A stretch of DNA of 64,000 bases from contig JBGSPE010000002.1 of NCBI GenBank assembly GCA_041738755.1, positions 13,290-77,289 of the forward strand, written 5' to 3'. The stretch is from Minisyncoccia bacterium. Its GTDB lineage: Bacteria > Patescibacteriota > Minisyncoccia > Phycocordibacterales > UBA918. Shown here one piece after another: positions 1 to 9,189 of the stretch; the stretch's first letter is position 1; each line of letters opens with the position of its first letter. The translations under genes were made by a program, and so were the position numbers. Below the pieces are notes generated by a model, which was not told the DNA's origin, made no database searches, and saw only the letters and a list, made by a program, of their open reading frames with translations.

Positions 1-276
1 ATCGTCAGTTCATCCGGTGTGGTTTGTGATTCTGTGAGGTATGAGAACACAGCCGTCACAAATATAAGTAACAATACGGTTGAAAGCATATTGTTCCAAA
101 AATTCCCTGGACCAAGCGGTACTTTCTGACTCATTCGCTTTAATTTATCTGGTGATGATTCTTTCTTTTCAATCACGACCTTCTTTTCTTCTTCCGATTC
201 AGGAGTCTTAATATCCGTCCCTGTTTCCGGGGCGGGATTGACCACGTTTTCGGTCGTTATATCCTTATCATTCGGT
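1..276 (-). CDS. Partial hypothetical membrane protein. N-terminus is in the window; the C-terminus runs off the left edge.
   Basis: Open frame on the minus strand from ATG at 276-274 to the window edge. Contains a hydrophobic segment (LSTVLLLIFVTAVFSYL). Absent from the ORF track, probably because it has no stop in the window. Confidence 0.3.
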
Positions 277-353
277 GTATTCATATGTTGGGCATTATAC
301 AGAAATACCTTGATTTTGCGAGTAATTTGCTATAGTACTGAGTATCTTCACCT

Positions 354-800
354 ATGACTACGTATATTAATAATAAGAAAGCCACCTTTGATTATGAAAT
401 CCTCAAACAGTTTGAGGCTGGTTTAGTATTAACGGGAATTGAGACCAAGTCCGTCCGAGCAGGCAAAGGCAAGCTTGAGGGTGGTCATATTATTATCCGT
501 GGTGGCGAAGCCTACCTCGTAGGCATTAGTATCACCGCCTATCAGCCCACCAACACCCCAAAAAAGTATGATCCTGAGCGTCCGCGCAAATTACTCCTGA
601 AAAAGAAAGAATTGGCTGAAATCGAACGAGATACTGAGGTAAGTAGGTTGACAGCTATCCCATTAAGGTTGTACAATAAAAACCGAAAAATCAAGCTCGG
701 ATTAGCCGTTGTACGAGGTAAACGAAAGCACGACAAGCGTGAATCGCTCAAAGCTCGGGACAGTAAACGAGAGATTGAACGCACCTTGAAAAATCAATAA
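354..800 (+). CDS. smpB: SsrA-binding protein SmpB
   Basis: 148 aa. The N-terminal region (KKATFDYEILKQFEAGLVLTGIETKSVRAGK...GGHIIIRGGEAYL) follows the SmpB pattern, and the C-terminal tail is basic. A tmRNA gene lies 0.7 kb downstream. Confidence 0.9.
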   Translation: MTTYINNKKATFDYEILKQFEAGLVLTGIETKSVRAGKGKLEGGHIIIRGGEAYLVGISITAYQPTNTPKKYDPERPRKLLLKKKELAEIERDTEVSRLTAIPLRLYNKNRKIKLGLAVVRGKRKHDKRESLKARDSKREIERTLKNQ

Positions 801-874
801 ATAAACTTTAGATATATGAAGGTGGTACCGTACCACCGGGGATTTGTTCTTGAACTTGAATGAGGGGAACTACT

Positions 875-1192
875 ATGGCAAGCAGTAAACAAAAAGTCGC
901 CCACCTGACACTGATTGTCGGGGAACTATGTCGTGGTCATGATCTTCTGGAGACACCGTCAGCAGAAGGAGGTATTCTCCTTGGTGATGACGAAGACGAC
1001 ATCGCCAACATGGTGACTACCATCACCGAAGACATTGTGCCGGTTTTTTACTGCGGTAACTGGAGTCGATTCTTACTGGACTTCGTTGTCGCACTCAAGA
1101 ATGCGCAGGAAGACGGTACCGGCGATGTCATCGAGGATATCACATACTGGCTCGACAAAATCATGGACGACGGTAAGCTCATGGTTGCCTAA
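875..1192 (+). CDS. Hypothetical acidic protein, ~105 aa
   Basis: ORF with a GAGGGG RBS 8 nt upstream of ATG at 875. D/E-rich, no recognisable domain. Confidence 0.35.
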   Translation: MASSKQKVAHLTLIVGELCRGHDLLETPSAEGGILLGDDEDDIANMVTTITEDIVPVFYCGNWSRFLLDFVVALKNAQEDGTGDVIEDITYWLDKIMDDGKLMVA

Positions 1193-1324
1193 TGTCATGT
1201 ACGAAAGTCAATGCTTATAATTTTTTGTATTGGCTTTCGTACCACCTTCATGTATCTAAAAAATTTGGCTGTACTAAGGTGGTCACAATGGAGTGATTTA
1301 CCACGTACCTTAAGGGGAGAGACG

Positions 1325-1432
1325 ATGGTTGAGGGGAAAAACGAAGCCAGCACTGAAACTTCGGAAAGCCAACGCGTTCTGGATGACCTGTATCAGGTCC
1401 TTGGAAATGGCGGCGGCTGGATCGAGCCTTGA
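1325..1432 (+). CDS. Hypothetical small protein, 35 aa
   Basis: Strong RBS (AAGGGGAGAG) 5 nt upstream of ATG at 1325. Followed by a 13-bp perfect hairpin at 1441-1473. Confidence 0.25.
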   Translation: MVEGKNEASTETSESQRVLDDLYQVLGNGGGWIEP

Positions 1433-1541
1433 TCTTGTTGCAGACGCGACGACACATCATCGTCGCGTCTGCACCACCTTAGTGCAGCTAAAATAAGTAC
1501 ATCTTCCCCGGAAATATTTGAACGTATGTTCTACTATTTCC

Positions 1542-1934
1542 GGGGATGCTAGGCATCGACGGTTAGTCGTGTCGGATGTGTGCGTGTCGAAACAGGTAAT
1601 CAATTCGTTAAAAGGTTCCACTCTGTATTTGCAAACAAAGCAGTACCAAGTCCATACGCTAACGCGTTTGGATTCGCTCCAGCTGTAGCGTAACTTTACG
1701 CTCGCTCTGGCGATGCTCTCGCAGTAAGTGTCTCGTACGCTGTGTTGGGTAGAATAACCATGAGACCCTGGAAACCATTGTCGTTGTCATAGGTGCCCAA
1801 GATTGTAACAACTCGAGTGACTAGTGTTTTGAGTTTCCTTAAGCTCGTTACTTTAAATTAAAGGATTCTCTACACACGTAGATGCACCTTCGCACCCTAA
1901 TTCGGACGTGGATTCAATTTCCACCATCTCCACC
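1542..1934 (+). ncRNA. ssrA: Transfer-messenger RNA (tmRNA, SsrA), one-piece
   Basis: The 5' GGGGATG pairs with the 3' CATCTCC and has a G3:U wobble, the alanine identity element. The T-arm is GTGGA-TTCAATT-TCCAC, followed by ACC. An internal tag reading frame starts with GCA at 1631 and ends with TAA at 1691; it encodes ANKAVPSPYANAFGFAPAVA. The gene lies directly downstream of smpB. Confidence 0.85.
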
Positions 1935-1997
1935 GACATAGAAGTATGTAGAAGAATATGTAACAACATAGAAGTTTACTCGCAAGGGTAGGCTTTT

Positions 1998-2369
1998 TTG
2001 TTTTTTGGTATACTTACATCTATGACACCACAAAAGTTTCTAGCAGAGCTTAAAGCCTTTGATAAAGTGAAGTACTCAATCGTAAAGCAATTACGTGACA
2101 TCATTTTAACAGTCAATCAATCAGCTTCAGAAGAAGTAAAGTATGGAGGATTGCATTATTTGGCCAGCAAGCCGTACACAGGTCTGTTTGTTAGCAAAAA
2201 TCATGTCTCGATGGAATTTAGTGAAGGGGCACAGTTCACTGATCCTAAAGGATTATTACAAGGAAAAGGCAAAGGTAGACGGCATCTAAAATTTACCTCC
2301 ACAGAGGATATTGAAGAAAAAGATATAAAAATGTTTTTAAAACAAGCAATGAAAATTGCTAAACAATAA
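1998..2369 (+). CDS. Hypothetical protein, possibly DUF1801/YdhG-like
   Basis: 123-aa ORF, weak family resemblance only. The start may be the internal Met at 2022. Confidence 0.35.
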   Translation: MFFGILTSMTPQKFLAELKAFDKVKYSIVKQLRDIILTVNQSASEEVKYGGLHYLASKPYTGLFVSKNHVSMEFSEGAQFTDPKGLLQGKGKGRRHLKFTSTEDIEEKDIKMFLKQAMKIAKQ

Positions 2370-2465
2370 CTCACCACAAATCCACTACCTTCAAGAAATT
2401 TGGACACTCCATTTCAATCAGACTTTGTTTAACTTCTAGCAAACTGCTCCACTTTATATAATATT

Positions 2466-2484
2466 AGCGCCATTAGGCGCTTTT
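2466..2484 (+). terminator. Intrinsic terminator-like hairpin
   Basis: AGCGCC-ATTA-GGCGCT followed by TTTT. Confidence 0.4.
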
Positions 2485-2525
2485 ATTATTTAAGTGGAGA
2501 TGGAGAAAGCAAACTGCTTTACTTA

Positions 2526-2978
2526 TTACTGTTGTGGGAATTTTGATATATCCATAAAGCCTGGCTCAAGGACATACCCTTCGGTATCTTCCACCTCAAA
2601 GCTATACATGAAATCTCCTCCCACTTCTTGATTAAACTTATTTTCATACACTCTTCCTCCTGCACGTTTAGCATTCGCGCAAAATTCATCGACAGCTTCT
2701 TTAGAAGCTAAGTTTAACGCATAAAAAGCACTGACAGTCTCCTTCTGATTTGGAAAGGATTTGTTGTCACTAAAGTTACGTGCGAACTCTTCCGTGAGGA
2801 GCATAAAGATAATCTCTTCACTCCACATCATGGAGGTGGCAACGTCGTTACTAAACATTGGATTTTTGGTACAACCAATTGCTTCGTAAAAGGCAGTAGC
2901 TTTAGCTAAGTCTTTAACAATCAAATTTATGTAGACTGATTTTTTTGTTTGCATGTAATCAAATGTACCACATATCAA
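2526..2978 (-). CDS. VOC/glyoxalase-bleomycin resistance family protein
   Basis: 150 aa with a beta-alpha-beta-beta-beta VOC-like pattern (YINLIVKDLAKATAFYEAIG...). Flanked by 25-bp direct repeats. Confidence 0.55.
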   Translation of the reverse strand: MICGTFDYMQTKKSVYINLIVKDLAKATAFYEAIGCTKNPMFSNDVATSMMWSEEIIFMLLTEEFARNFSDNKSFPNQKETVSAFYALNLASKEAVDEFCANAKRAGGRVYENKFNQEVGGDFMYSFEVEDTEGYVLEPGFMDISKFPQQ

Positions 2979-3097
2979 AAATCTTCAAGAAATTTGAGTA
3001 CTCCATTACCCTCAAAGGGTGTAACGTATAGAAAACTGCTCTCCATATTCTCTATAGAAATAGAGGGATGAACATACTTTACCTTTTGTTTCTTTAC

Positions 3098-3126
3098 TTG
3101 ACATTTTATATTTTTAAAGTATAGTA
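3098..3126 (+). promoter_or_regulatory. Sigma70-like promoter for the 3166 gene
   Basis: TTGACA, 16-17 nt spacer, TATAGT/ATAGTA, about 40 nt upstream of the ATG. Confidence 0.45.
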
Positions 3127-3165
3127 CAAAAAGTATTCACCCTACCAATTGCGGAAAGTCTGTTC

Positions 3166-3675
3166 ATGAATAAGTATTTCACAATCACCCCGAATATTGC
3201 CCTGCGTTTGCGTGGCAAGATTTTCAACGGCATGTCCAGTGAAATTTATGGGGAAGAAATTGGTCGCATTGGGCACGAGGACGAATTTGCTCGCGTCCGT
3301 TCTGCACTGGCCCATCTGTTGCGCAACGTGTATTTTGAACCCACAGTTGCTGTGGCAGAAAAAATATCAGCGTTGAAAGCTGCCCATGATGCACTGATGG
3401 AACATCACCCTACAGTCTTTAGTCCTAAAAAGAAGGCTGTACTCAATGGGCTAATCCAACAAATCATGGAGCTCAGTAAAGCAACATTCAATGAAACCTT
3501 CACGGTTGAAGATGTCAGAAGGTTTGTCTCTTTGGCTCGCCAGGGTCGCGAATACTTCGAGACCGAAGGATACAATCCCGAGGAATTCATACCCGAAGAG
3601 CTCGTCATCTTTGGCGAAATGATTAAGGCCAATTTTTCAGCCTATCAAAAAACGTTGAATGCGGAGTACCTCTGA
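3166..3675 (+). CDS. Hypothetical protein
   Basis: 169-aa ORF, no recognisable domain. Confidence 0.4.
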   Translation: MNKYFTITPNIALRLRGKIFNGMSSEIYGEEIGRIGHEDEFARVRSALAHLLRNVYFEPTVAVAEKISALKAAHDALMEHHPTVFSPKKKAVLNGLIQQIMELSKATFNETFTVEDVRRFVSLARQGREYFETEGYNPEEFIPEELVIFGEMIKANFSAYQKTLNAEYL

Positions 3676-3865
3676 ACCCCTGCCCCTCAAGAGTAAGTCC
3701 AACTGGACCCAACATCTTGTGGGGCTTTCTCTTTTTAAACTCTTTTCAATACCATCATGTATCCATTTCTTTTTATAAATTAAGAGCGAGGTGTCTAAAA
3801 CGAAATACCTATACTTTAGAGCAGCACGGTATACTATAGACAGGATTGATCTTAGGGAGAGAACC

Positions 3866-4063
3866 ATGCCAGTGATTTGTCCCACGCTCACGTGTCAAAA
3901 ATGTAAACGGTCATTTATAGCGACTTTCGATGATGAGAATTGGGAATCGGCACCAAAATTGTGCGAAACATGTACACCGGTAGAGACACCACCGGCGACA
4001 TCATCTTCACTCAATGGAATGAGTACCCTTATCGTTCCAGGAAAAAATCACGGTGATTTTTAG
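3866..4063 (+). CDS. Small zinc-ribbon-like protein, 65 aa
   Basis: RBS AGGGAGAG before ATG at 3866. Two CxxC pairs (CPTLTCQKC...CETC). Confidence 0.4.
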   Translation: MPVICPTLTCQKCKRSFIATFDDENWESAPKLCETCTPVETPPATSSSLNGMSTLIVPGKNHGDF

Positions 4064-4072
4064 ACAATACGC

Positions 4073-4120
4073 AAAACCCCCGTCCAACTACACATGTAGT
4101 TAAAGTCGGGGGTTTTCTGT
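4073..4120. terminator. Bidirectional terminator between convergent genes
   Basis: AAAACCCCCG ... CGGGGGTTTT, a 10-bp stem with an internal palindrome in the loop, flanked by T/A runs. Confidence 0.6.
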
Positions 4121-4134
4121 TTATCGGTGATTTC

Positions 4135-5034
4135 CTACTGTGACTCGATAAATTCTAGTGCCGCGGCTTTGGCCCAGTTTTCTTCAACATAGCCTGCACG
4201 TCCTGAACCTTTCTTGTACCGTTCGTAATGTTCAGACGATTTTTTGTAATAGTCTTGGTGGTATTCTTCAGCTTCGAAGAAGGTTGTAAACGGTACAATG
4301 GGCGTTACGATAGGAGCTGAGAATAGTCCACTATCTGTCAGTGCTTGCTTTGAAGCGCTAGCAATCGTTCGCTGCGACTCATTATGAAAGTAAATAGCTG
4401 TTGTATAGTGTGAACCTCGGTCAGCAAATTGTCCTCCAGCATCAGTTGGATTGATATGTGACCAATACACGGCAAGAACCTCTTGAAGCGTAATTCGAGC
4501 TGGATCATACGTCACTTGAACTGCTTCGCGATGTCCAGTCGTACCTTTGACGACTTGCTTATAGGTAGCAGTGCTCGCTTCTCCCCCAGCGTACCCGGAG
4601 ACAGCCGACACTACACCAGGAGTTTCCTGTAGGTACGCTTCAGTACACCAGAAACATCCCCCCGCCAGCGTAATCACTGCTCGCTGCCCAGAGTCGGTGA
4701 TTGGCCGATTCGGCTCTGCCTTAACTTCTTGATTAACAATTGCTTGTATTGCTGTAGGGTCGACTGATACTGCCGCTGGAGCGGGGTTAGCAACGTCATC
4801 TGGAATAGTGGGGGCAGCTACGGTACCGGTAGCTGTGGCATCAGCAGTGGTGGTAGCCGTACTTACAAGACTACTCGGATTTTCCGAAACCTGCTCTAAA
4901 GCCTTTGGTGCAAATTGACTAAAGCCCAAAGCGGCTATCGCTAAGACAATAATAACTCCTGCAAAAAGGGCGGTCTGTTTGGTAATGTGATTTTTCATAA
5001 TGTAAAGTCTACCATACATTATAAAAATAACCAA
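4135..5034 (-). CDS. msrA: Peptide methionine sulfoxide reductase MsrA with an N-terminal membrane anchor and low-complexity linker
   Basis: GGCFWC active-site motif and the surrounding MsrA fold sequence. An N-terminal TM helix and an Ala/Thr/Pro-rich linker are present. The start is probably the internal Met near 4998. Confidence 0.8.
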   Translation of the reverse strand: MVIFIMYGRLYIMKNHITKQTALFAGVIIVLAIAALGFSQFAPKALEQVSENPSSLVSTATTTADATATGTVAAPTIPDDVANPAPAAVSVDPTAIQAIVNQEVKAEPNRPITDSGQRAVITLAGGCFWCTEAYLQETPGVVSAVSGYAGGEASTATYKQVVKGTTGHREAVQVTYDPARITLQEVLAVYWSHINPTDAGGQFADRGSHYTTAIYFHNESQRTIASASKQALTDSGLFSAPIVTPIVPFTTFFEAEEYHQDYYKKSSEHYERYKKGSGRAGYVEENWAKAAALEFIESQ

Positions 5035-5051
5035 CTATCTTGTGCACGTAT

Positions 5052-5084
5052 CAAAAGACCGGGCATTACGCCCGGTCTTTTGAT
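5052..5084. terminator. Terminator hairpin, part of a 40-nt palindrome
   Basis: AAAAGACCGGGC-ATTAC-GCCCGGTCTTTT. Confidence 0.6.
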
Positions 5085-5104
5085 ACGTGTTCGTACTGTC
5101 TATC

Positions 5105-5788
5105 CTAGTTAAAAGAGACCTTGGTCATGAGATCTTTGAATTGTTGGTAGATTGGGTCTTCTGGCGAATCATACTGACCCACAAACATGTAGATATTACC
5201 CTTATAGGCTGCCAAGTAGATTTGTTGTTGATATAAACCATCAGCTTCATAGTACAGAGCATTTACGCCATCAAGATCAACTACCTCAGGGGTATTTTTT
5301 GCTTGGTTAAATGAGGTGAGATTTTGATTATCTGTCGCCCAGTTTTGTAGCCGAGTTACTCGACCGACACGTGGTGTCTCGCTTGCGGTATCTTGTTCAA
5401 GCGTGGCTGTTTCCGTAGTGCCACTAGCAGTCCCTAAGGTAATTGTCGCAGATTCTTCAGTGTCTGTCTCTTTAAAGACAAAGATGCTAATACTTGCGGG
5501 CGATTCTGATGGTGGTTCATCTGTCTGAATCGCCTGGTAGTCAGCAAATGGCATTAAGATAAACGCTTCAAGGAGTGCTGTGTTGCTGGTAGTCGGTGGC
5601 TCAATTAAACTGAGTCCTGTTTCACCACTTGGATAGGAAAATGATAGATCAACCTCAGGTCGACTGACAGTAGCTTCAGCGCTATTTGCCTGCTCCACAG
5701 TACGTGGCTTTATTACGAGTAAATTAACAATAGTAGCTACCAAACCAAGAATGAGAACAACAATGAGGATTTTTATAAATAGTTTCAT
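5105..5788 (-). CDS. Hypothetical secreted or membrane-anchored protein
   Basis: N-terminal TM/signal sequence (KILIVVLILGLVATIVNLLVI). No recognisable domain. Confidence 0.4.
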   Translation of the reverse strand: MKLFIKILIVVLILGLVATIVNLLVIKPRTVEQANSAEATVSRPEVDLSFSYPSGETGLSLIEPPTTSNTALLEAFILMPFADYQAIQTDEPPSESPASISIFVFKETDTEESATITLGTASGTTETATLEQDTASETPRVGRVTRLQNWATDNQNLTSFNQAKNTPEVVDLDGVNALYYEADGLYQQQIYLAAYKGNIYMFVGQYDSPEDPIYQQFKDLMTKVSFN

Positions 5789-5890
5789 ATGAGTGGTGAC
5801 GTTTTAGAATTAGACTTCTTACCCATAAGAGTACCGGTTATTGGACTACTTGTCGAACAGGACGGTAGTGATACGGTACACTATTGATAT

Positions 5891-6265
5891 ATGGAACAAC
5901 CAACAATTCTTGTAATTGAGGACTCAATTGAATTAGCTGAGTCACTTGAAGATCTTTTTAGTCTTCATGGAATAAAAACTATCATTGCTCGGTCAGGACA
6001 GGATGGTGTCCGTTTAGCGTTGACACACCATCCAGATGTAATTCTTTTAGATATCCGCCTCCCTGACATTGATGGGTACCAGGTGTTTAAGGCAATCAGA
6101 GCCGATGCATGGGGTTCGACTGCAAAAATTTTAGTGCTAACGGCTTCAGAATCTATCGAGACCATTGCAAAAAATATCGACCTCCCGCTCAATTACATTC
6201 TTTTTAAACCAAAAACAAGTTTGAACCACGTACTTACAACCGTACAAACTCGACTAGTAAACTAA
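5891..6265 (+). CDS. Stand-alone response-regulator receiver domain protein, CheY-like
   Basis: 124 aa. Contains ILVIEDS ... DVILLDIRLPDIDG ... KILVLTA, which are the acidic pocket, the phospho-acceptor Asp and the conserved Lys. Confidence 0.75.
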   Translation: MEQPTILVIEDSIELAESLEDLFSLHGIKTIIARSGQDGVRLALTHHPDVILLDIRLPDIDGYQVFKAIRADAWGSTAKILVLTASESIETIAKNIDLPLNYILFKPKTSLNHVLTTVQTRLVN

Positions 6266-7572
6266 GGTGTTGCAGGAACTTCAAACGGAAGTAACACTTC
6301 AAAGGTCGTACCGGTATTTTCACCCGATACAAATGTAACACTTCCCTTCAGGACCTTTACGGCTTCTTTAATAATATACAATCCGAGCCCGTTTCCATCT
6401 GGTATCGCACGCGCGGCATTTGATGCCCGGAAGAGCTTTTGAAAAATTCTCTCTTGATCATCTTTAGGAATCCCCATACCATCATCTGTGACAGTGAGGA
6501 CGAGATGTTGGTTTTTTTGACCAAACGTAATCGTGATGTGTCCATTAACTGGTGTGTACTTTATTGCATTGGTCGTAAGATTAGTCATTATCATCCGCAA
6601 AAGATTTTGGTCAGTCATGATAACAGGGATACGTTCATCAAACTGCGTCGTGATTGAAAGTTGTTTGGCATGTATACGAGCCGACTCTTCGAGCAAGATT
6701 TCTTGAACAATTGAACGAACCGTGACCGGCGTGATATCAGCCTGAAACGTTCCCAATTCAAACCGTGACACCCGAAGAAAGTCATCAACCAAAACAGCCA
6801 TTCGCTTGGTCGCAGACAGAAGGCGTTCAATATATTTTTTCTGACGGTCACTCAACGTTTTTTCCTCATCCATTTGTAGCAGTTCCGCGCTCCACGTAAT
6901 CCCCGCAATTGGTGTTCGTAATTGGTGGGATGCGAGAGAGACAAATTCTGTCTTAGCATTTTCGATTTGTTTTTGTTTTGTGATATCAACTAGTGTCATC
7001 AGTCCCATTTGCTCTTTCGTGCCATTGACGAGACGAAACAATGACAATAATGCCCACGCCTCGGTTCCATCGTCACGTTTTACTCTAATAATTTCGTCAC
7101 TTGTAGCGACACCATTACGGAACTTTTGTATTAAAAAATCTACGTGTTCAGCTTTGTCAAAAATAAGTCTGGAAAAGACATCGATACCTTCAACAACCCC
7201 CTTTGTAACGCCAAAAAATCGCTTAGCTGCAAGATTGTCTGAGGTAACCACGCCCGCCTCATCAATAATCAAATATGGTACCGGGCTTTTTTTATACAAT
7301 TCAGTGTAGAGCTCTTCAGATACTGGTGATAGTACGCGCGACTGAACTACAGCTTCCTTGAGAATTGTAGCCTCTTCAGTCACTTCTCGAGATCGATTAT
7401 TAATTGCCAGAAACAAACAACCAAGTAAAGCGGCTGCAAATAATCCTGGTTTGGTTGTAGAGTGAGAAAATTCACCAGTGGTAGCTGATATGACACACCC
7501 GAGAACAAAAATCAGGAGAAGGAGTGAAGTACCAACCTTTGATTTTGGTGTATTTTTTAAGCGAACCGTCAT
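6262..7572 (-). CDS. Sensor histidine kinase: TM, PAS-like, HisKA and HATPase_c domains
   Basis: H-box LASHQLRTPIAGI, N-box and G-boxes (NAIKYT, DDGMGI, GLGLYI), and an N-terminal TM region. Convergent with the receiver gene, overlapping it by 4 nt. Confidence 0.8.
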   Translation of the reverse strand: MTVRLKNTPKSKVGTSLLLLIFVLGCVISATTGEFSHSTTKPGLFAAALLGCLFLAINNRSREVTEEATILKEAVVQSRVLSPVSEELYTELYKKSPVPYLIIDEAGVVTSDNLAAKRFFGVTKGVVEGIDVFSRLIFDKAEHVDFLIQKFRNGVATSDEIIRVKRDDGTEAWALLSLFRLVNGTKEQMGLMTLVDITKQKQIENAKTEFVSLASHQLRTPIAGITWSAELLQMDEEKTLSDRQKKYIERLLSATKRMAVLVDDFLRVSRFELGTFQADITPVTVRSIVQEILLEESARIHAKQLSITTQFDERIPVIMTDQNLLRMIMTNLTTNAIKYTPVNGHITITFGQKNQHLVLTVTDDGMGIPKDDQERIFQKLFRASNAARAIPDGNGLGLYIIKEAVKVLKGSVTFVSGENTGTTFEVLLPFEVPATP

Positions 7573-7597
7573 ACTTGCTAAAATACTAACACGTCAT

Positions 7598-8713
7598 TTA
7601 GTTTGTAATTACTGATTCGACTGCCTTGGCCATCTCCCACATTTCTTCACTTGGCATGACGCCGACTTTTACGTCCTGACCGCTCGGATGGAGTATTCCC
7701 GCCTTCCCAACCACAACGTCATTTTTATCCATGTCTAATACAATCCCTAAATGAGCGAGTCGGTTTGTGAGTAAAGCGCGCAACTCAGCACTCCGCACTA
7801 CTGCCGTCCCGGTAAATATCAGCGCATCGACGCCTTCTAAGGCGACCGCGGCACTCCCTACCGCTTTTTGAAAGTGATAACTAAAGTGTTCAAGAGCAAA
7901 CTTGGAAGCTACATCACCATGAGCTTTTTTATCAAGCAATAATCGAATGTCTTCATTTCCACCTAGTCCTGTCAAACCCCCACTATGGTGCAAGTACAAG
8001 GAAGCATCTTTGGGTCGAAGATTAGTTTTCTCCATGACTTCTAACAACACTCCAGCGTCAATATCCCCTGCTCGACTCCCCATCGGAAGGCCACTAACTG
8101 GGCCAAAACCTCCGGTAGTTTCAATACTGATACCTGATTTTACCGCAGTCACACTCACTCCACCGCCAACATGACAGACAATGAGTCGTTCAGACTTTTC
8201 TCCTAATAAGGCGTGGGCCCGATGCACTACCGAGCTCACCGATAATCCATGATAGCCAAACCGATGAATATCGAGCCTGGCTGTTTCTTCGTGTGACAAA
8301 CTATACTCGCGCGCAACCGGCGGCATGGTGGCATGAAACGTACTATCTGACACAGCATAGAGTGGTACACCAACAAACGCTTCTTTGGCAGCCTTTACAG
8401 CGTGTAAAACTTTTGGAATATGTAGCGGAGCAGACAATTCTCTATCTTTCAAAAGTGTAAGGAATACCTGATCGATTACTTGATGGCGTTGAAACCGGGT
8501 ACCAGGAGCTAGTACCCGAATAGCAATAGCGTCGAGTGTTCTATTTTTTGAGCGCAAAAATTCTTTAACCTCAGTAACCAGTACTGCAAAAGAAGCGCTC
8601 CTATCACCCCTTCCTTCACCATCGATAGTCGTTGAAAAAAATAACTGACCATCACAAAATAATGCGTATTTTACCGAAGTACTTCCTGGGTTAATAACGA
8701 GAATAGTATGCAT
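7598..8713 (-). CDS. ackA: Acetate kinase (acetate/propionate kinase family)
   Basis: N-terminal ILVINPGSTSVKYALF and the ASKHG fold pattern. Length 371 aa. Confidence 0.75.
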   Translation of the reverse strand: MHTILVINPGSTSVKYALFCDGQLFFSTTIDGEGRGDRSASFAVLVTEVKEFLRSKNRTLDAIAIRVLAPGTRFQRHQVIDQVFLTLLKDRELSAPLHIPKVLHAVKAAKEAFVGVPLYAVSDSTFHATMPPVAREYSLSHEETARLDIHRFGYHGLSVSSVVHRAHALLGEKSERLIVCHVGGGVSVTAVKSGISIETTGGFGPVSGLPMGSRAGDIDAGVLLEVMEKTNLRPKDASLYLHHSGGLTGLGGNEDIRLLLDKKAHGDVASKFALEHFSYHFQKAVGSAAVALEGVDALIFTGTAVVRSAELRALLTNRLAHLGIVLDMDKNDVVVGKAGILHPSGQDVKVGVMPSEEMWEMAKAVESVITN

Positions 8714-8801
8714 GAGAGAGAACGCTTTACTCTTATTCTAACAAAGGACTATCCTTTCTGTTTACTTAAGGTGTAGAGAAACATTTGTTATACTTCTCAT
8801 C

Positions 8802-9185
8802 ATGAAAAAATTTGCCGTCAAAAAAAGTAGCGCTGGGTTAGGATTATTTGCTACCGAACCAATGAAAAAGGGTGATCTTATTATCGAATATATTGGCGAG
8901 ACTATTACAGAGGCTGAAGCAAATAAGCGGGGCGGCAAATACCTCTTTGAACTCAATGATGAGTGGACAATCGATGGGAAGGGTAGGAATAATATTGCTC
9001 GCTATATTAACCACGCCTGCAAACCAAACGCCTACCCCGAATTAAACGATGAAGAAACGAGAGTGTTTATCTATGCAAAACGTGCTATTGCACCAGGTGA
9101 GGAGATTACCTATCACTACGGTGCCTTTTATTTCAATCTAGAAATCAAACCACACGGCTGTCGCTGTGCTACCTGTACTGCATAG
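8802..9185 (+). CDS. SET-domain protein, putative protein-lysine methyltransferase
   Basis: 127 aa. Contains RYINHACKPNA and a C-terminal ITYHYG ... C-x-C-x-x-C post-SET-like cysteine cluster. Confidence 0.65.
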   Translation: MKKFAVKKSSAGLGLFATEPMKKGDLIIEYIGETITEAEANKRGGKYLFELNDEWTIDGKGRNNIARYINHACKPNAYPELNDEETRVFIYAKRAIAPGEEITYHYGAFYFNLEIKPHGCRCATCTA

Positions 9186-9189
9186 TAAT

